Virus record (IMG/VR): IMGVR_UViG_3300011116_001123
Coordinates: 24,931 to 88,930 of that record
Length of the DNA stretch: 64,000 nt
Reading direction: 5' to 3' (one strand)
From: a virus
Lineage: Duplodnaviria > Caudoviricetes
In this document: in pieces, positions 26,592 to 36,816 of the stretch
Layout of the letters: every line of letters begins with the position of its first letter
Numbering within the stretch: the stretch's first letter is position 1
Notes under the pieces: model-generated
Databases searched by the model: none
What the model was told of the DNA's origin: nothing
The model's input: only the letters and a program-made list of their open reading frames with translations
Translations under genes and position numbers: made by a program

Positions 26592-26936
26592 TTAAAATAA
26601 CTTTCGTAGAATCTTGAACTTAACCCTATCCATTTTAGTCATCCCATTTCGACTCCATAAGTCTTTGTCAATCAAACTCTCATATTTCCCATACAGATAG
26701 TTTCTTAAGAACAAGAAGTCCCAACGGTCAGTAACGAATCTCTTTACATTAGTTTTGTTTGGAAGTCTGAACGACCATGATAATAATGAACTCTTACGTA
26801 ACTGTTTGGTAATACTGAAGAATGCAAAACCTCCAGCAGAATTCGATCCATCATATTTAGCCGAAAACAACACAAACTTGAAATTAACTCTGTGTAACTT
26901 CCAAGAAACTTTTTCTAATAATTCATTAACTTTCAT
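26592..26936 (-). CDS. Basic hypothetical protein
   Basis: 114-aa ORF. Confidence 0.6.
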   Translation of the reverse strand: MKVNELLEKVSWKLHRVNFKFVLFSAKYDGSNSAGGFAFFSITKQLRKSSLLSWSFRLPNKTNVKRFVTDRWDFLFLRNYLYGKYESLIDKDLWSRNGMTKMDRVKFKILRKLF

Positions 26937-27018
26937 ACAATTCTATTTACTGATTAAAAATAACAATAATCCTTGAAATAATAAAGTCAGGAAATCAGGT
27001 CAATTTGTATTTATCAGT

Positions 27019-27672
27019 ATGAGCTACTTAGTCGCAAACATCCCCCCAATAGAAGTTTTAATAGATAAAAAATTCTTGTACGATTTTCAAAAAGATGAAA
27101 CGGGAAAATACTTAGGTGATGGTGAGTGGGAAAAAGGACATTGGGTTAGTGTAAAATCTATTCCCAACCGAGCACTATTGTTTGAGACTTATGTAGACAA
27201 ATTTGGTGCGGTATATGATAAATTACCAATACACGCTTTTCGATGGAGAGAACCTCAACCAACAGATAAAGTGTTCCCATTAGACTTTTTACAACTTTGG
27301 GATTGCTTATCATATAACGTGTCAGTGATTGAAAAACGAGTCTTGAGAGGTGTTAAGACTTTCACCACGATGAAAGACCAAAGTATTGTTGAGGGTGAGT
27401 ATTTGTTCACAATTGATACCGCCCATTCAGATCCTAATGAAATCGACTGTGGATGGAGTGAAACTCCCAATGAACATAAGTGTTACAACATATCGAAGTT
27501 GGAAAATGGACAGATATGTGCACAACCTAATAACAGAACGAGATGGTATCAACCGAGTAGAACTTCGGATATAACACAAATTCCCTACTTCAGATATTCG
27601 ACAAAAATTTGGAAATCAGAGGATTATAGTAAATGGCGTCCTTCAGATGAAAATTGGGATTACACTCCCTAA
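27019..27672 (+). CDS. Conserved phage hypothetical protein (MSYLVANIPP family)
   Basis: LQLWDC, EHK and QPNNR motifs; TATTTAT 27008-27014. Confidence 0.75.
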   Translation: MSYLVANIPPIEVLIDKKFLYDFQKDETGKYLGDGEWEKGHWVSVKSIPNRALLFETYVDKFGAVYDKLPIHAFRWREPQPTDKVFPLDFLQLWDCLSYNVSVIEKRVLRGVKTFTTMKDQSIVEGEYLFTIDTAHSDPNEIDCGWSETPNEHKCYNISKLENGQICAQPNNRTRWYQPSRTSDITQIPYFRYSTKIWKSEDYSKWRPSDENWDYTP

Positions 27673-27678
27673 AAATAA

Positions 27679-28503
27679 TTAAATCTCACCAATCAAAACC
27701 ATCGGAGTCATTCCTAATGCCGCCGCAGTTGATAACCTTGTATTCCCTGCAACCAAATAATATCTGTCACCAAATTTGAGTATCATTGGTCTATGATAAT
27801 CTCCACCCAATAGTGATTTTGCTAATTTCGTGGGATTGGTTTTGTTAAATTCTTTAGCAATTTTCCTCACCTTATCCATTTCTCCCACCTTAATTTGATT
27901 AGAGTGTGTATTTTCTAATTTACTCCAAACTTCGAAAGGAATTTCAATTTCAACACCATTTCTGAATGCATCTACAACATCATCGACTGATGTTTCGATT
28001 CCCTTTCTTGATAAATCCTCCACCGTTCTTTCAATTTCCTCTATCTCATCATCAATAGGATCTTTTTTTCTACGAAAAGAAACGACTTTTTTCTTACCTT
28101 TTTTTTCTTCATAAAGGGTGTCTTTGAAATCAGGATTTTGTTTGTCAAACTTCTTGATAAAAATACCTGAGAGAACATTACTCATATTCTCCTCAGGTCC
28201 TCCAATGTCTTGTATCTTTTGCTTGTCGTTCAATCCCATCTTTTGATACTGATATTCATGAACCCATTCATGAGATATTGTCCTCAAGATGTCAATTAAC
28301 ATTCTACCTTTAGCCAGGATAAACATTTTACTACCTGGCATTCTTACACCTGTTGTACCTGTAGTGGATTGATTGCTAGTAAGGTTAACCTCCACATCTG
28401 AAGATAGTGGGAGTTGGCTTTGTAGGAATTTAATAAATGAAGAAATAACCTCTAATTGTTCCTGATTAACTTCTGACTTTGGACTTTTGATACAAACTTT
28501 CAT
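27679..28503 (-). CDS. HExxH metallopeptidase-like + ParB/Srx-like fusion
   Basis: RTISHEWVH..E; PMIL..YLVAGNTRL; TATTTAT 28509-28515. Confidence 0.6.
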   Translation of the reverse strand: MKVCIKSPKSEVNQEQLEVISSFIKFLQSQLPLSSDVEVNLTSNQSTTGTTGVRMPGSKMFILAKGRMLIDILRTISHEWVHEYQYQKMGLNDKQKIQDIGGPEENMSNVLSGIFIKKFDKQNPDFKDTLYEEKKGKKKVVSFRRKKDPIDDEIEEIERTVEDLSRKGIETSVDDVVDAFRNGVEIEIPFEVWSKLENTHSNQIKVGEMDKVRKIAKEFNKTNPTKLAKSLLGGDYHRPMILKFGDRYYLVAGNTRLSTAAALGMTPMVLIGEI

Positions 28504-28533
28504 CAGGTATAAATATTATGAAATACGGTTATT

Positions 28534-28671
28534 TTATTGCGATGTCTCTGTTCGTCTTTTACTTTCAATTTTTTTACACTTGTCTGCGACGACTTTTACC
28601 AACTCTCCCATTGGATTATTCGCTAAAAAAAACCTCATTCTTGTGTCCGATTCTAATTTTCTTACTTTCAT
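28534..28671 (-). CDS. 45-aa basic protein (not in ORF track)
   Basis: MKVRKLESDTRMRFF...TSQ*; TATTTAT 28695-28701. Confidence 0.5.
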   Translation of the reverse strand: MKVRKLESDTRMRFFLANNPMGELVKVVADKCKKIESKRRTETSQ

Positions 28672-28719
28672 GTTCTGTTATTATTTACTAATTAATAAAT
28701 AGTTGGATTTCACCAAATA

Positions 28720-28974
28720 TTATTTGGTGTGAGATGTTTTGTCAATTGCTTTGATACACTTTCTCATCGCTTCAAACTGACCCCAAGAAAGTTGTATTTG
28801 TCGTTCCCCCTGAGAATCAAAAATGTGAATATCATATCCTTCACCATTCGACCATTCAGTTACCTCAAGGAAATGACCCTTGTCTTTATTATCAAAGTCC
28901 ATAGAACCAATACAATAGTCTTTTAGTTCCACGAATGTAGATTTTCTATTTGTTACTTTTATTTCTTTTTTCAT
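28720..28974 (-). CDS. Hypothetical phage protein
   Basis: FLEVTEWSNGEGYDI motif; operonic overlap. Confidence 0.7.
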   Translation of the reverse strand: MKKEIKVTNRKSTFVELKDYCIGSMDFDNKDKGHFLEVTEWSNGEGYDIHIFDSQGERQIQLSWGQFEAMRKCIKAIDKTSHTK

Positions 28975-29339
28975 ATTTGGTTGGTGTCATAAGATTTAGG
29001 TGATGGTAATCCACTATATTCACAATAGAGTTCATCTCGTTTCTTTTGTAAGTCATCTTTTATTTTTTCAGGGAAATAAATACCGTCAGACTCCATGTCA
29101 GCCATGGTTCTATCGATTGTTTTTATTAGAGACTTTTTATCATTTTTTGATAAAGACACATCTTCGAATAAAGACTCCAAAAGATAATATATAGCGTCAC
29201 GACCAAACTTCGATCCTTTTGGATCGTATTTGTATTCTTCTTTCTCCATCTTGGAGAATTCTTTGATAGAGGTAACAATGAATACCACAAAGGCAATCAT
29301 TACAACCACAGACAAAATTACAATTTCAATGTTTTCCAT
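28971..29339 (-). CDS. Membrane-anchored hypothetical protein
   Basis: N-terminal TM; C-terminal CEYSGLPSP. Confidence 0.7.
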   Translation of the reverse strand: MENIEIVILSVVVMIAFVVFIVTSIKEFSKMEKEEYKYDPKGSKFGRDAIYYLLESLFEDVSLSKNDKKSLIKTIDRTMADMESDGIYFPEKIKDDLQKKRDELYCEYSGLPSPKSYDTNQI

Positions 29340-29511
29340 TTCTTTTCTTAAGGTTAAAAATCATTACAAATCCTAAAATAGTGGGACACCACAAGCCAAT
29401 GAAGATGGCCTTGAGTGGCTCATCCAAGAAAACGAAGTAATATTCTGATATTCCAATCAGTGCAATTACAAGTAGAAGCAATACTACTTCTGAGATTTTG
29501 AAGTTTTTCAT
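29326..29511 (-). CDS. Small two-TM protein
   Basis: AIFIGLWCPT; TATTTTTG upstream. Confidence 0.65.
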   Translation of the reverse strand: MKNFKISEVVLLLLVIALIGISEYYFVFLDEPLKAIFIGLWCPTILGFVMIFNLKKRNGKH

Positions 29512-29570
29512 GTTTTTATATTTGAATTCAAAAATAAGAAAAAAACTTCAGATTACAAAATGAGTTTGAC

Positions 29571-29891
29571 TTATGTATTTTTTTTTCTCAGGGAATAAGC
29601 AACTGAAAGAGCTCCGAGAAACATAGAAATATGAACAGGAAACATGGGAAATCCTTGTAGTTCATGTAACATCCAAAAAATATTCATTGAGACCCAACTT
29701 GAAAGTATTAGATTTGTATCTCGTCGATCTTTCTCCGTAATCAATAAAAAAACTGTAAAAAAAATGGTTGGAAACACCATCAGGGTCGCCAACCATTTGA
29801 ATTTTAAACACCAAAATAAATCTTTAATTAACCAACAAGTGAAATGGGATTTTTGTAAAGACCAACCTGACAAAAGGTTTCTTATTCCCAT
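29571..29891 (-). CDS. Membrane protein
   Basis: Hydrophobic; WL.KD..W and W..MN..WM..E motifs. Confidence 0.65.
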   Translation of the reverse strand: MGIRNLLSGWSLQKSHFTCWLIKDLFWCLKFKWLATLMVFPTIFFTVFLLITEKDRRDTNLILSSWVSMNIFWMLHELQGFPMFPVHISMFLGALSVAYSLRKKNT

Positions 29892-30277
29892 ACCCCTTCG
29901 GAAAATATCACAGGTTTATTGTTTCTGTCAATCATAATCCATTCCGCTTTTACTAATCCGAATGGTTTAAAACATTCCATCACTTGTTCTAAAGTGAAAG
30001 ACTTACATGAATAGATGTCAAATTGCATCATGGGTAATTCCAAATTGTCCCAAATGTGAATCGAAGCATGTGAGGTTGCCAAAGTCACAGTTCCTGTCAA
30101 TCCCTCATTACCTGGATCCGAGACATAAACACTTGTGGGTCCAGCAACTACTTTCATCCCCACTCTTTCAACTAAATTTATAAACCAATGATTTAATTCC
30201 TCTTCTTTTTTCGGAGGATTAGTTATCCAACCTCTAATTAATAGATGTTGGTGATAGGGAGTAAATTTTTCCATCAA
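29882..30277 (-). CDS. speD: S-adenosylmethionine decarboxylase proenzyme
   Basis: G.TG.V.LATSHASIH.W and FDIYSC motifs (TSH at the pyruvoyl site). Confidence 0.8.
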   Translation of the reverse strand: MMEKFTPYHQHLLIRGWITNPPKKEEELNHWFINLVERVGMKVVAGPTSVYVSDPGNEGLTGTVTLATSHASIHIWDNLELPMMQFDIYSCKSFTLEQVMECFKPFGLVKAEWIMIDRNNKPVIFSEGVWE

Positions 30278-30325
30278 TAGTATATGTAATTTTTACATAT
30301 ATATCATGATTTTATGAAAAATTAA

Positions 30326-30640
30326 TCAATCACAATTATCAGGATGAGGACAAGCTTGGCCAGCTCCCTCAATGTATCCATATCGAAGATGAATATTAGT
30401 ACTTTTTAGGTATGGAGTTTTCTTTCCACACACAACACAAGTATCATAGTCATCAGAACGATTTATAGAGGTCACCAGTCCATCTTCATTGATTGTGAGA
30501 CCAACGTGTTCATCATCAAATTGAGGACCTTCTAAGTCCCTCTTTGCTTGCCAATATTTGTTGTTGACTAATTTACCCAACTCAAAATAATTTGGAGTTT
30601 CTAAAATTTCTTTTTCGGTTACAATGATTTGAAATGACAT
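30326..30640 (-). CDS. Hypothetical protein with CxxC..GYIEGAGQ motif
   Basis: 104-aa ORF. Confidence 0.65.
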   Translation of the reverse strand: MSFQIIVTEKEILETPNYFELGKLVNNKYWQAKRDLEGPQFDDEHVGLTINEDGLVTSINRSDDYDTCVVCGKKTPYLKSTNIHLRYGYIEGAGQACPHPDNCD

Positions 30641-30702
30641 AATATGTTTTTTATATTCAAAACATAATTAGTCAAAAAGAAAAAATAAATGTATTTATCA
30701 AT

Positions 30703-31068
30703 ATGGTTAACATAAAAACATTGTCTGAAAAATTAAAATATTTGATTGGTGAAGAATCGAATCGACAATTCGAAATATTGGATTTGGATGTGGATTTTTA
30801 TGACGGAAACAGTGGTTATCAATTATTTGTTAAGTTTGATTACTTTGGGGTAATTGATTCCCAGATGCCAGGTTTTGCCAGAGATATCTCTATAATGATA
30901 GAAAAAATAGAAAACATTATATCCAAAGTTACAATCACACCTGAAAGAAGATTAACTTTGTCTCAGAAAGTTGAGGTGGAATCTTTTATCGATAAAATTG
31001 ATTATAAGTTTGAAGATACACATATTTTTACTATTTCTTTTTTAGTTCATTACCTTGACAAAGATTAA
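30703..31068 (+). CDS. Hypothetical protein
   Basis: TATTTAT 30692-30698. Confidence 0.7.
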   Translation: MVNIKTLSEKLKYLIGEESNRQFEILDLDVDFYDGNSGYQLFVKFDYFGVIDSQMPGFARDISIMIEKIENIISKVTITPERRLTLSQKVEVESFIDKIDYKFEDTHIFTISFLVHYLDKD

Positions 31069-31071
31069 ATT

Positions 31072-31866
31072 ATGGACGAAAAAATAAAAAAAACTGCCAC
31101 CAAACTTCAAGGTTTAGTAAAACATTACGATGACCCTGGTGAAGTTTATTACGATGTTAGAAAGATCGCCGAAACTCAAAGTGATTACTTCTATTACTTA
31201 GGTCCTGACAATATAATCAAATTGACATTATACATCTATTCACTCAAGAAAACTGGAGATTTGAAATTAGGTGAAAAAATGATCAACAACTTATCTTTTG
31301 TGCAACTTTTGACAACAGAAAATAAATCAACAATAAAGGAGTGCGAATCGTGTGACGGAATGGGTACAACCCCATGTAAAGTATGTGAAGGTGCTGGTAT
31401 GATAGAATGCCCAAAGTGTGAAGGTAGTGGTGAATTATCTCATGATTTTGTCGAAGATTATTTCGAAGAATGTAATGAATGTAAAGGTAGAGGAGATATA
31501 GTTTGCCCTTCATGTAGGAGGGAGGGAGAAACAGTTTGTGAAACATGTGGAGGAGAAGGAGAGATAGAAAGTGAAGATGAAGTGTCCTATGAGATTTATT
31601 TCATCGCTACTTGGAACAAACAGATTCAAGATCTTTGTGAATTACGCGCTGAGACATTAGAACCCGTAATGTCTTTGATACAATTTCTCAGATCAAGCAA
31701 CGATTATTTACAGTTGACTAGATGGGACGGATCAGCCGAACTTAATATAGATAAAGACCAAATGTACTGTCTTGATTACTCTAACGAACCTGAAATGCAC
31801 CTACAAAAAAACATGCTCATCAGACCACGAAATAGATACATACGAGATTTAGATTACTTAAAATAG
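31072..31866 (+). CDS. Protein with DnaJ-type CxxCxGxG zinc-finger repeats
   Basis: Six CxxCxGxG-like units; no J domain. Confidence 0.75.
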   Translation: MDEKIKKTATKLQGLVKHYDDPGEVYYDVRKIAETQSDYFYYLGPDNIIKLTLYIYSLKKTGDLKLGEKMINNLSFVQLLTTENKSTIKECESCDGMGTTPCKVCEGAGMIECPKCEGSGELSHDFVEDYFEECNECKGRGDIVCPSCRREGETVCETCGGEGEIESEDEVSYEIYFIATWNKQIQDLCELRAETLEPVMSLIQFLRSSNDYLQLTRWDGSAELNIDKDQMYCLDYSNEPEMHLQKNMLIRPRNRYIRDLDYLK

Positions 31867-31890
31867 AAAAAGGAGACCGAAGTCTCCTTT
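31867..31890. terminator. Bidirectional terminator
   Basis: AAAGGAGAC-CGAA-GTCTCCTTT between convergent genes. Confidence 0.8.
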
Positions 31891-31931
31891 ATAGGGCTGT
31901 ACAGGTTTTGTACAACTTCCACCACCAAGTT

Positions 31932-32231
31932 TTATCGGACTTGGAAACCGTTGTTTCTGAAAATAGAGTTAGCCAATTCCTCTAACTTTTCAGCTCTCAT
32001 AAAACCGATGACATCATCACCAAGTTCAGGAAAGAAATAACGTGTAAGAAAATTTCTATCTTTTGTATCAAAGATTGCAACTTCGAAAGTCTTATCGAAA
32101 TCTCCATACAATCCTTTTCTACCACCGACAATCGACAGTTCATATTTGTTGTTGAATATATTTGTCATTCTACCCCCATCACCAATCGGATGAGGTTTTG
32201 ACCAGCTTTGAATATCTTTGATAGTTATCAT
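31932..32231 (-). CDS. Hypothetical phage protein
   Basis: YELSIV..LYG..TFEVAI..DVIG motif. Confidence 0.7.
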   Translation of the reverse strand: MITIKDIQSWSKPHPIGDGGRMTNIFNNKYELSIVGGRKGLYGDFDKTFEVAIFDTKDRNFLTRYFFPELGDDVIGFMRAEKLEELANSIFRNNGFQVR

Positions 32232-32509
32232 TTTGTTACTTCCGCCTCGATTTTAGATTTGTTGATAAGATGCTCCGCTAACGTATAAGTATCCACATTT
32301 GTGGTGATAATAGATTCAACTAAATGTTTGAATGGTATGTGAACAAAGAAATCCACACCATTGAAGAAAGTTAAATCATTCTTCAATTCAATACTTCCCT
32401 GAATCATCTTAAGAAAAAGTTTGAATTGAGTACCGTTCACAAATGTCTCATTCAAAAGAGTTCCGAACTTTTCGTGTTGAATCTTGATGTTGTGGGAGGT
32501 CATGTTCAT
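32228..32509 (-). CDS. Hypothetical protein (start moved to MNMTSH)
   Basis: TATATTTG at 32529-32536 upstream. Confidence 0.7.
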   Translation of the reverse strand: MNMTSHNIKIQHEKFGTLLNETFVNGTQFKLFLKMIQGSIELKNDLTFFNGVDFFVHIPFKHLVESIITTNVDTYTLAEHLINKSKIEAEVTK

Positions 32510-32593
32510 ATCTTCGTCGTTTGTTTTACAAATATAGTAAACTCCCACAATAATAAAAAAAAATCCCCCACTTTTTTTTAGTAGGGGTGAGAG

Positions 32594-32732
32594 AAAAAAA
32601 AAGTCCCACAAACTCCTTCTCTCTCGAACTCTCATTTGTGGGACAAATGTTTCACGAATGTAACAATTCTCTTTTTCAAAATCGAATTGTAGTGAAACTT
32701 TTTGTGGGGGTGTTGAATCTCTCGATTCAGTT
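32594..32732 (-). ncRNA. Candidate structured small RNA
   Basis: TATTTAT 32735-32741 with no ORF behind it; three stem systems; ends in 10-bp stem plus U9. Confidence 0.55.
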
Positions 32733-32761
32733 ATATAAATATAGACAACATTTATAAAAAA

Positions 32762-33172
32762 TCAACTGACAGAAAAATATTTTTTTAATATTGTCCGCAA
32801 ATTCGACTCCAACCCCAATTTTTTTGTTTCTTCGAGAGTGAAATATCCACATTTACTGTGCTCGTGTCCATCTGATGCCGCATCTAAATCAGGTAGTATT
32901 TCATCACCTAATTCAGATATAAACACATAAATAAAGTCATTGTTGGACTCATCATTGTCGATTGTAGGAATTGTTCCAATGAAATCTATATCATTCTCTG
33001 ATAATTCAAAGTCAGTCTCCTCATATAATTCACGAACCGCAGCTTCTCTTGGAGTTTCTCCCCTCTCAATTTTACCTGTGGGAATGAACCATTGATTTGC
33101 ATGAGATTGGTTTTCATTACGTTTACATAATAAAAACTTATCTCTGTATTTTAGTATTACACCTGAGTACAT
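32762..33172 (-). CDS. Nudix hydrolase
   Basis: GKIERGETPREAAVRELYEET Nudix box. Confidence 0.9.
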   Translation of the reverse strand: MYSGVILKYRDKFLLCKRNENQSHANQWFIPTGKIERGETPREAAVRELYEETDFELSENDIDFIGTIPTIDNDESNNDFIYVFISELGDEILPDLDAASDGHEHSKCGYFTLEETKKLGLESNLRTILKKYFSVS

Positions 33173-33197
33173 TTTAACTTAATTTGTATTTATAATT

Positions 33198-33545
33198 ATG
33201 GATGTTTCAATAAATAATCACAGATTCGAAGTTATTACTCTTTTGGACCCACGTTCCCAACAAATTGGAATGATGGGTAAAAGATTTTCCCATATCAAAC
33301 AAGGTATGTTATTTTTGATGGGAGGTAAAGAACAATGTTTTTGGATGAAAAACTGTATTGTACCTTTAGACATTATTATAATAAAAAATAATGTCATTGT
33401 CAACATCCATCATGATTGTCCTCCTTGTCTTCAAGAGGATTGTCCAACTTATTGTGGTAACGGTAATATTGTATTGGAATTACGTGGTGGAGCTTGTCAA
33501 AAGTTGGATATCAAACCTGGAGACACAGTTAATTATCTGCTTTAG
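33198..33545 (+). CDS. DUF192 family protein
   Basis: GMLF, FWMKNC.VPLDII and VLEL.GG motifs; TATTTAT 33187-33193. Confidence 0.85.
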   Translation: MDVSINNHRFEVITLLDPRSQQIGMMGKRFSHIKQGMLFLMGGKEQCFWMKNCIVPLDIIIIKNNVIVNIHHDCPPCLQEDCPTYCGNGNIVLELRGGACQKLDIKPGDTVNYLL

Positions 33546-34935
33546 ATTGTTCAATTTTTTCTTTTAAAACTTTTTGAAATTGATTTGCAATCATCTTCGT
33601 GAACTTAACCGATGGACTATCTTCCGATTCAGGGTTGTATCTGTAGTTACCTTGAGGTGGTCTTGTACTTCTTCCTAAGTAGTTTAATCCTGATATGTTT
33701 GTGATACACTTATGTCCACCAGAGTTTGATTGAATCAAGTCCCAAGCATTAACACCTATTTTATCCAAAATTTTCATTTCATCTTCAGTCAAACTATTGA
33801 AAGGTTTTTCCATCAAAGATTGGATTTTATCCATAACTTTTTCACCACCATCTATGACCGTTATTTTGTCTCCATACAATGCTTTAAAATCTTTGAAGGT
33901 AAATCCAATACTTTCAGGACCGACACTTGTTTCACTTACCCACTTTATCGTTGATAATGGAACAGTTTTTTGTTTTAACTGTTCTTCCCATTTTCCGAGT
34001 ACTTCTTGAGCAATTTCACCCAAATTCACACCTTTGAGTTGTCTGTCAAGTTTGAATGGATTACATGATGCTTGAACCAAACCCATCGGCCATACCATAA
34101 TTAAAAAATCAGCCTCAGGATTGTTCTTATATGGAGTATATCTATCGTAAGAACCTGGCTTGAACATGCTTCCTCCACCATATTGGAAAATAATATTATC
34201 CGTTACAGTCGGAAATGATTTCATCTTCTCTGTATAATCTTCAGCATTTTTCTGAAGTTCTTCAGCTGAAGGTGCTCCAACCGACTTCATCCAAGATTTA
34301 ATATTATTCAAGATAGACATCAGAGATGGTTGTGAATCCATAACTAACATCTCTAAGAAACCAGGTTTGTTCTTAAAGGCTAATAATAGTTTATTAATTA
34401 CTAATCCCAATAACATCTTATTACCTTGAAGAGAAGTTTCTCTATCTAATCGGAACAAATAATTTACCACATCCTCTGGACTTAAGTTTTGTCTTGCAAA
34501 ATCTGCTGAGTCAACTGTGTTAATTAACAATATATCAGATGATGGGAATAGGTCTCTTGGTGAAACGACCTGTGAAATAGTTGCAACATTAGACCGAGAT
34601 TGTCGAAATGACGTAGATTTTGTATCTTCAGCACCCGCTTGTCTATCATGATGATCCGTATGAATAACAAACATTGGTTTACCATGCGCAAAGTCAACAA
34701 GTACGGGCATTGTATCTCCCATTGCGTCATTCTTTTTTACCGCAAATTCTTTGTCACCATATTGAATTACATGGGCATCGACAACATCGATACCGTTATC
34801 CTCAAGGTATTTTTTCATTGCAATTGCGGTGGTTACACCATCTAAATCCTGATGGAAGTAGATTTCAGCTTTTGGATATCTTTTACTTAATCCTTTTATA
34901 TCCCTAATACCACCCTCTTTTATTATTTTTTTCAT
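33529..34935 (-). CDS. DHH-family phosphoesterase with short IIKE leader
   Basis: HQDLDG, VDF, TDHH and SGGH motifs. Confidence 0.7.
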   Translation of the reverse strand: MKKIIKEGGIRDIKGLSKRYPKAEIYFHQDLDGVTTAIAMKKYLEDNGIDVVDAHVIQYGDKEFAVKKNDAMGDTMPVLVDFAHGKPMFVIHTDHHDRQAGAEDTKSTSFRQSRSNVATISQVVSPRDLFPSSDILLINTVDSADFARQNLSPEDVVNYLFRLDRETSLQGNKMLLGLVINKLLLAFKNKPGFLEMLVMDSQPSLMSILNNIKSWMKSVGAPSAEELQKNAEDYTEKMKSFPTVTDNIIFQYGGGSMFKPGSYDRYTPYKNNPEADFLIMVWPMGLVQASCNPFKLDRQLKGVNLGEIAQEVLGKWEEQLKQKTVPLSTIKWVSETSVGPESIGFTFKDFKALYGDKITVIDGGEKVMDKIQSLMEKPFNSLTEDEMKILDKIGVNAWDLIQSNSGGHKCITNISGLNYLGRSTRPPQGNYRYNPESEDSPSVKFTKMIANQFQKVLKEKIEQSKADN

Positions 34936-35294
34936 TGAAACTGTTTTTTAACCCACTCGAGAAAATTTCCCCAATAATCTTCGTGTACACCATATTCGTT
35001 GGCAACTATGTTTTTCAACATAATTTTGTCTTTCTCAGGCATTTTCGCGTAAGTTTTGTCTCCAAATTGACCATCTGTAGGATATACTCCAATCATTTCT
35101 TGATATTTAGCAATCGCTTTCTCAGTCTCTGAATTTCGTCCAGTTCTACCATCCACTACTAAACCAGCATTCATTCTTTTATTCAGAAAAGCCTGAATTC
35201 TATAAATGTGCTCTCGGTGATACATTTGTTCGTTAATCACTCTTTTAACTACTCTTGTCAAGTCGGACTCCGTCAATTTAATTATTTTTGCCAT
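34932..35294 (-). CDS. Class-1 leader + peptidoglycan-binding domain
   Basis: MAKIIKLTESDL..VINEQ; IQAFL..VDG..G..T..AI..YQ..DG.FG..T. Confidence 0.8.
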   Translation of the reverse strand: MAKIIKLTESDLTRVVKRVINEQMYHREHIYRIQAFLNKRMNAGLVVDGRTGRNSETEKAIAKYQEMIGVYPTDGQFGDKTYAKMPEKDKIMLKNIVANEYGVHEDYWGNFLEWVKKQFQ

Positions 35295-35296
35295 GA

Positions 35297-35668
35297 TTAG
35301 TACTTAAGGGTTAATAAGTATTTTGATTTGTTTATCGTAGCCAACATTTCATCACGGATGTTCAACAAATCAGTATCATATCTTGTATCCAATCGATCCG
35401 AAAAACTAACCAAAAATTCTGTGATTCCATCCAAAAAATTCTGCATGCTAATTGAAGATATATCTTGGAACATTAACGCAAACTCAGGGTCAAACTTGGG
35501 TCTACCATACTTTCCCATCATTACTTCTGTAAATTCATCGATTAAGTCACCGAGTCCATCATATATTTCTCCGTAAGTTCTGTGTTTTGCATCTCCATAT
35601 GTCTGCCAATGCAAAAACTTCCATTGAAGTTGCATTTGTACCAATTTTTTTATTAGTTCTTCTTTCAT
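35297..35668 (-). CDS. Ferritin/Dps-like protein (DUF5856-like)
   Basis: HWQT...H...Y..L..L.D.F.E; LLNIRDEM; TATTTAT 35673-35679. Confidence 0.7.
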   Translation of the reverse strand: MKEELIKKLVQMQLQWKFLHWQTYGDAKHRTYGEIYDGLGDLIDEFTEVMMGKYGRPKFDPEFALMFQDISSISMQNFLDGITEFLVSFSDRLDTRYDTDLLNIRDEMLATINKSKYLLTLKY

Positions 35669-35689
35669 GATAATAAATACCTCATAAAC

Positions 35690-35714
35690 AAAAAAAAGGT
35701 CTTTCGGGACCTTT
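35690..35714 (-). terminator. Intrinsic terminator
   Basis: AAAAGGTC-TTTCGG-GACCTTTT hairpin with T-run. Confidence 0.75.
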
Positions 35715-36577
35715 TAAGTTTGAGTTTGTGTAAAATCAAATTCTCCTTGTTTTTTACTGTTCACAAAAAACTGAACCCTTTTTCTAACCACTTCACAATA
35801 GTTGGGGCTCAATTCAATTCCAATCCATCTACGGCCAAGAATTTCCGCACTAACCAACGAAGTTCCCGAACCAGCAAAAGGGTCTAAAACTACATCATTC
35901 TTATATGTAAGAATTTTTATTGCTTTCGAAGGAATATCCATCGAGAATGTTGCCTTTGTTTGTTGTTTTGTGTCGGCAAAGTATTCCCATTGACCATAAA
36001 CCAAACTCATAAATTCTTTCTTATCTTCTTCTTTGTATATGGTTTTCCTCTTCGAAGAACCATCTTCTTGTTCAATGTCAATTACTTCGGATTCCCATTG
36101 TGGGTCCCCTTTCAATTTCTTAATTCTATCTTTTTTGTAAGCAAGAATCACACATTCTTTCGGATTATAAATGTACGGACTTGAGGGAGACATCCAAGAA
36201 CCCCAAGCGGTAGTTTTACTTCTATGAGGAGAATTCTCATCCAAGTCCACAAGACCATAAAACTTAAATCCAACTTTTTTCATGATGGACCAAAACTCCG
36301 CCATAAATAAAACTCTACCTCCACGATCTTGAACATTGACTTCATAAGGGATGTTAATCGCAATCCTACCATCATCTTTAAGAACTCTGAACGCCTGAGT
36401 CAACCAATCATCCGTGAACCTCCAATAAGAGTTCATAGATTGATTATCATCGTGAACGTCGTAATCTATCCCCACGTTGTATGGGGGTGAGGTAACAATT
36501 AAATCAATTATTGACTCAGGTAATTTACCCATCTCAACAACACAATCACCATTTATAATCCTATTTGTTTCGAACAT
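35714..36577 (-). CDS. DNA methyltransferase, N4-C/N6-A beta class
   Basis: TSPPYN and [10 protein letters not shown] motifs. Confidence 0.9.
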   Translation of the reverse strand: MFETNRIINGDCVVEMGKLPESIIDLIVTSPPYNVGIDYDVHDDNQSMNSYWRFTDDWLTQAFRVLKDDGRIAINIPYEVNVQDRGGRVLFMAEFWSIMKKVGFKFYGLVDLDENSPHRSKTTAWGSWMSPSSPYIYNPKECVILAYKKDRIKKLKGDPQWESEVIDIEQEDGSSKRKTIYKEEDKKEFMSLVYGQWEYFADTKQQTKATFSMDIPSKAIKILTYKNDVVLDPFAGSGTSLVSAEILGRRWIGIELSPNYCEVVRKRVQFFVNSKKQGEFDFTQTQT

Positions 36578-36582
36578 ATTTT

Positions 36583-36816
36583 TTATTTTATAATAACAAC
36601 ATCACCTTCCCAAATTACCTCATTTGCAAAACAACTAACATGATGTTTATCAACTTTAGTTGCTCTTACACTATCCCAAACTTCATCGCGAGTTGTATGA
36701 ACAGGTACTTCAAAAATAACATTTGAACAAAGGTGTTCTATACCATCAACAATTATTCTCCAATAATGGTAATCGTCTTCGCATTGGGTATTCCACCTTA
36801 CTTTTACATCAATCAT
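36583..36816 (-). CDS. Hypothetical protein
   Basis: 77-aa operonic ORF. Confidence 0.65.
   Translation of the reverse strand: MIDVKVRWNTQCEDDYHYWRIIVDGIEHLCSNVIFEVPVHTTRDEVWDSVRATKVDKHHVSCFANEVIWEGDVVIIK

Noticed and set aside
32648-32665. parS site (TGTTTCACG..TGTAACA)
   Set aside because: Two extra bases break the 16-bp palindrome; better explained as part of an RNA stem.
32594-32732. tRNA
   Set aside because: GTTCGA is present, but there is no cloverleaf or acceptor stem.
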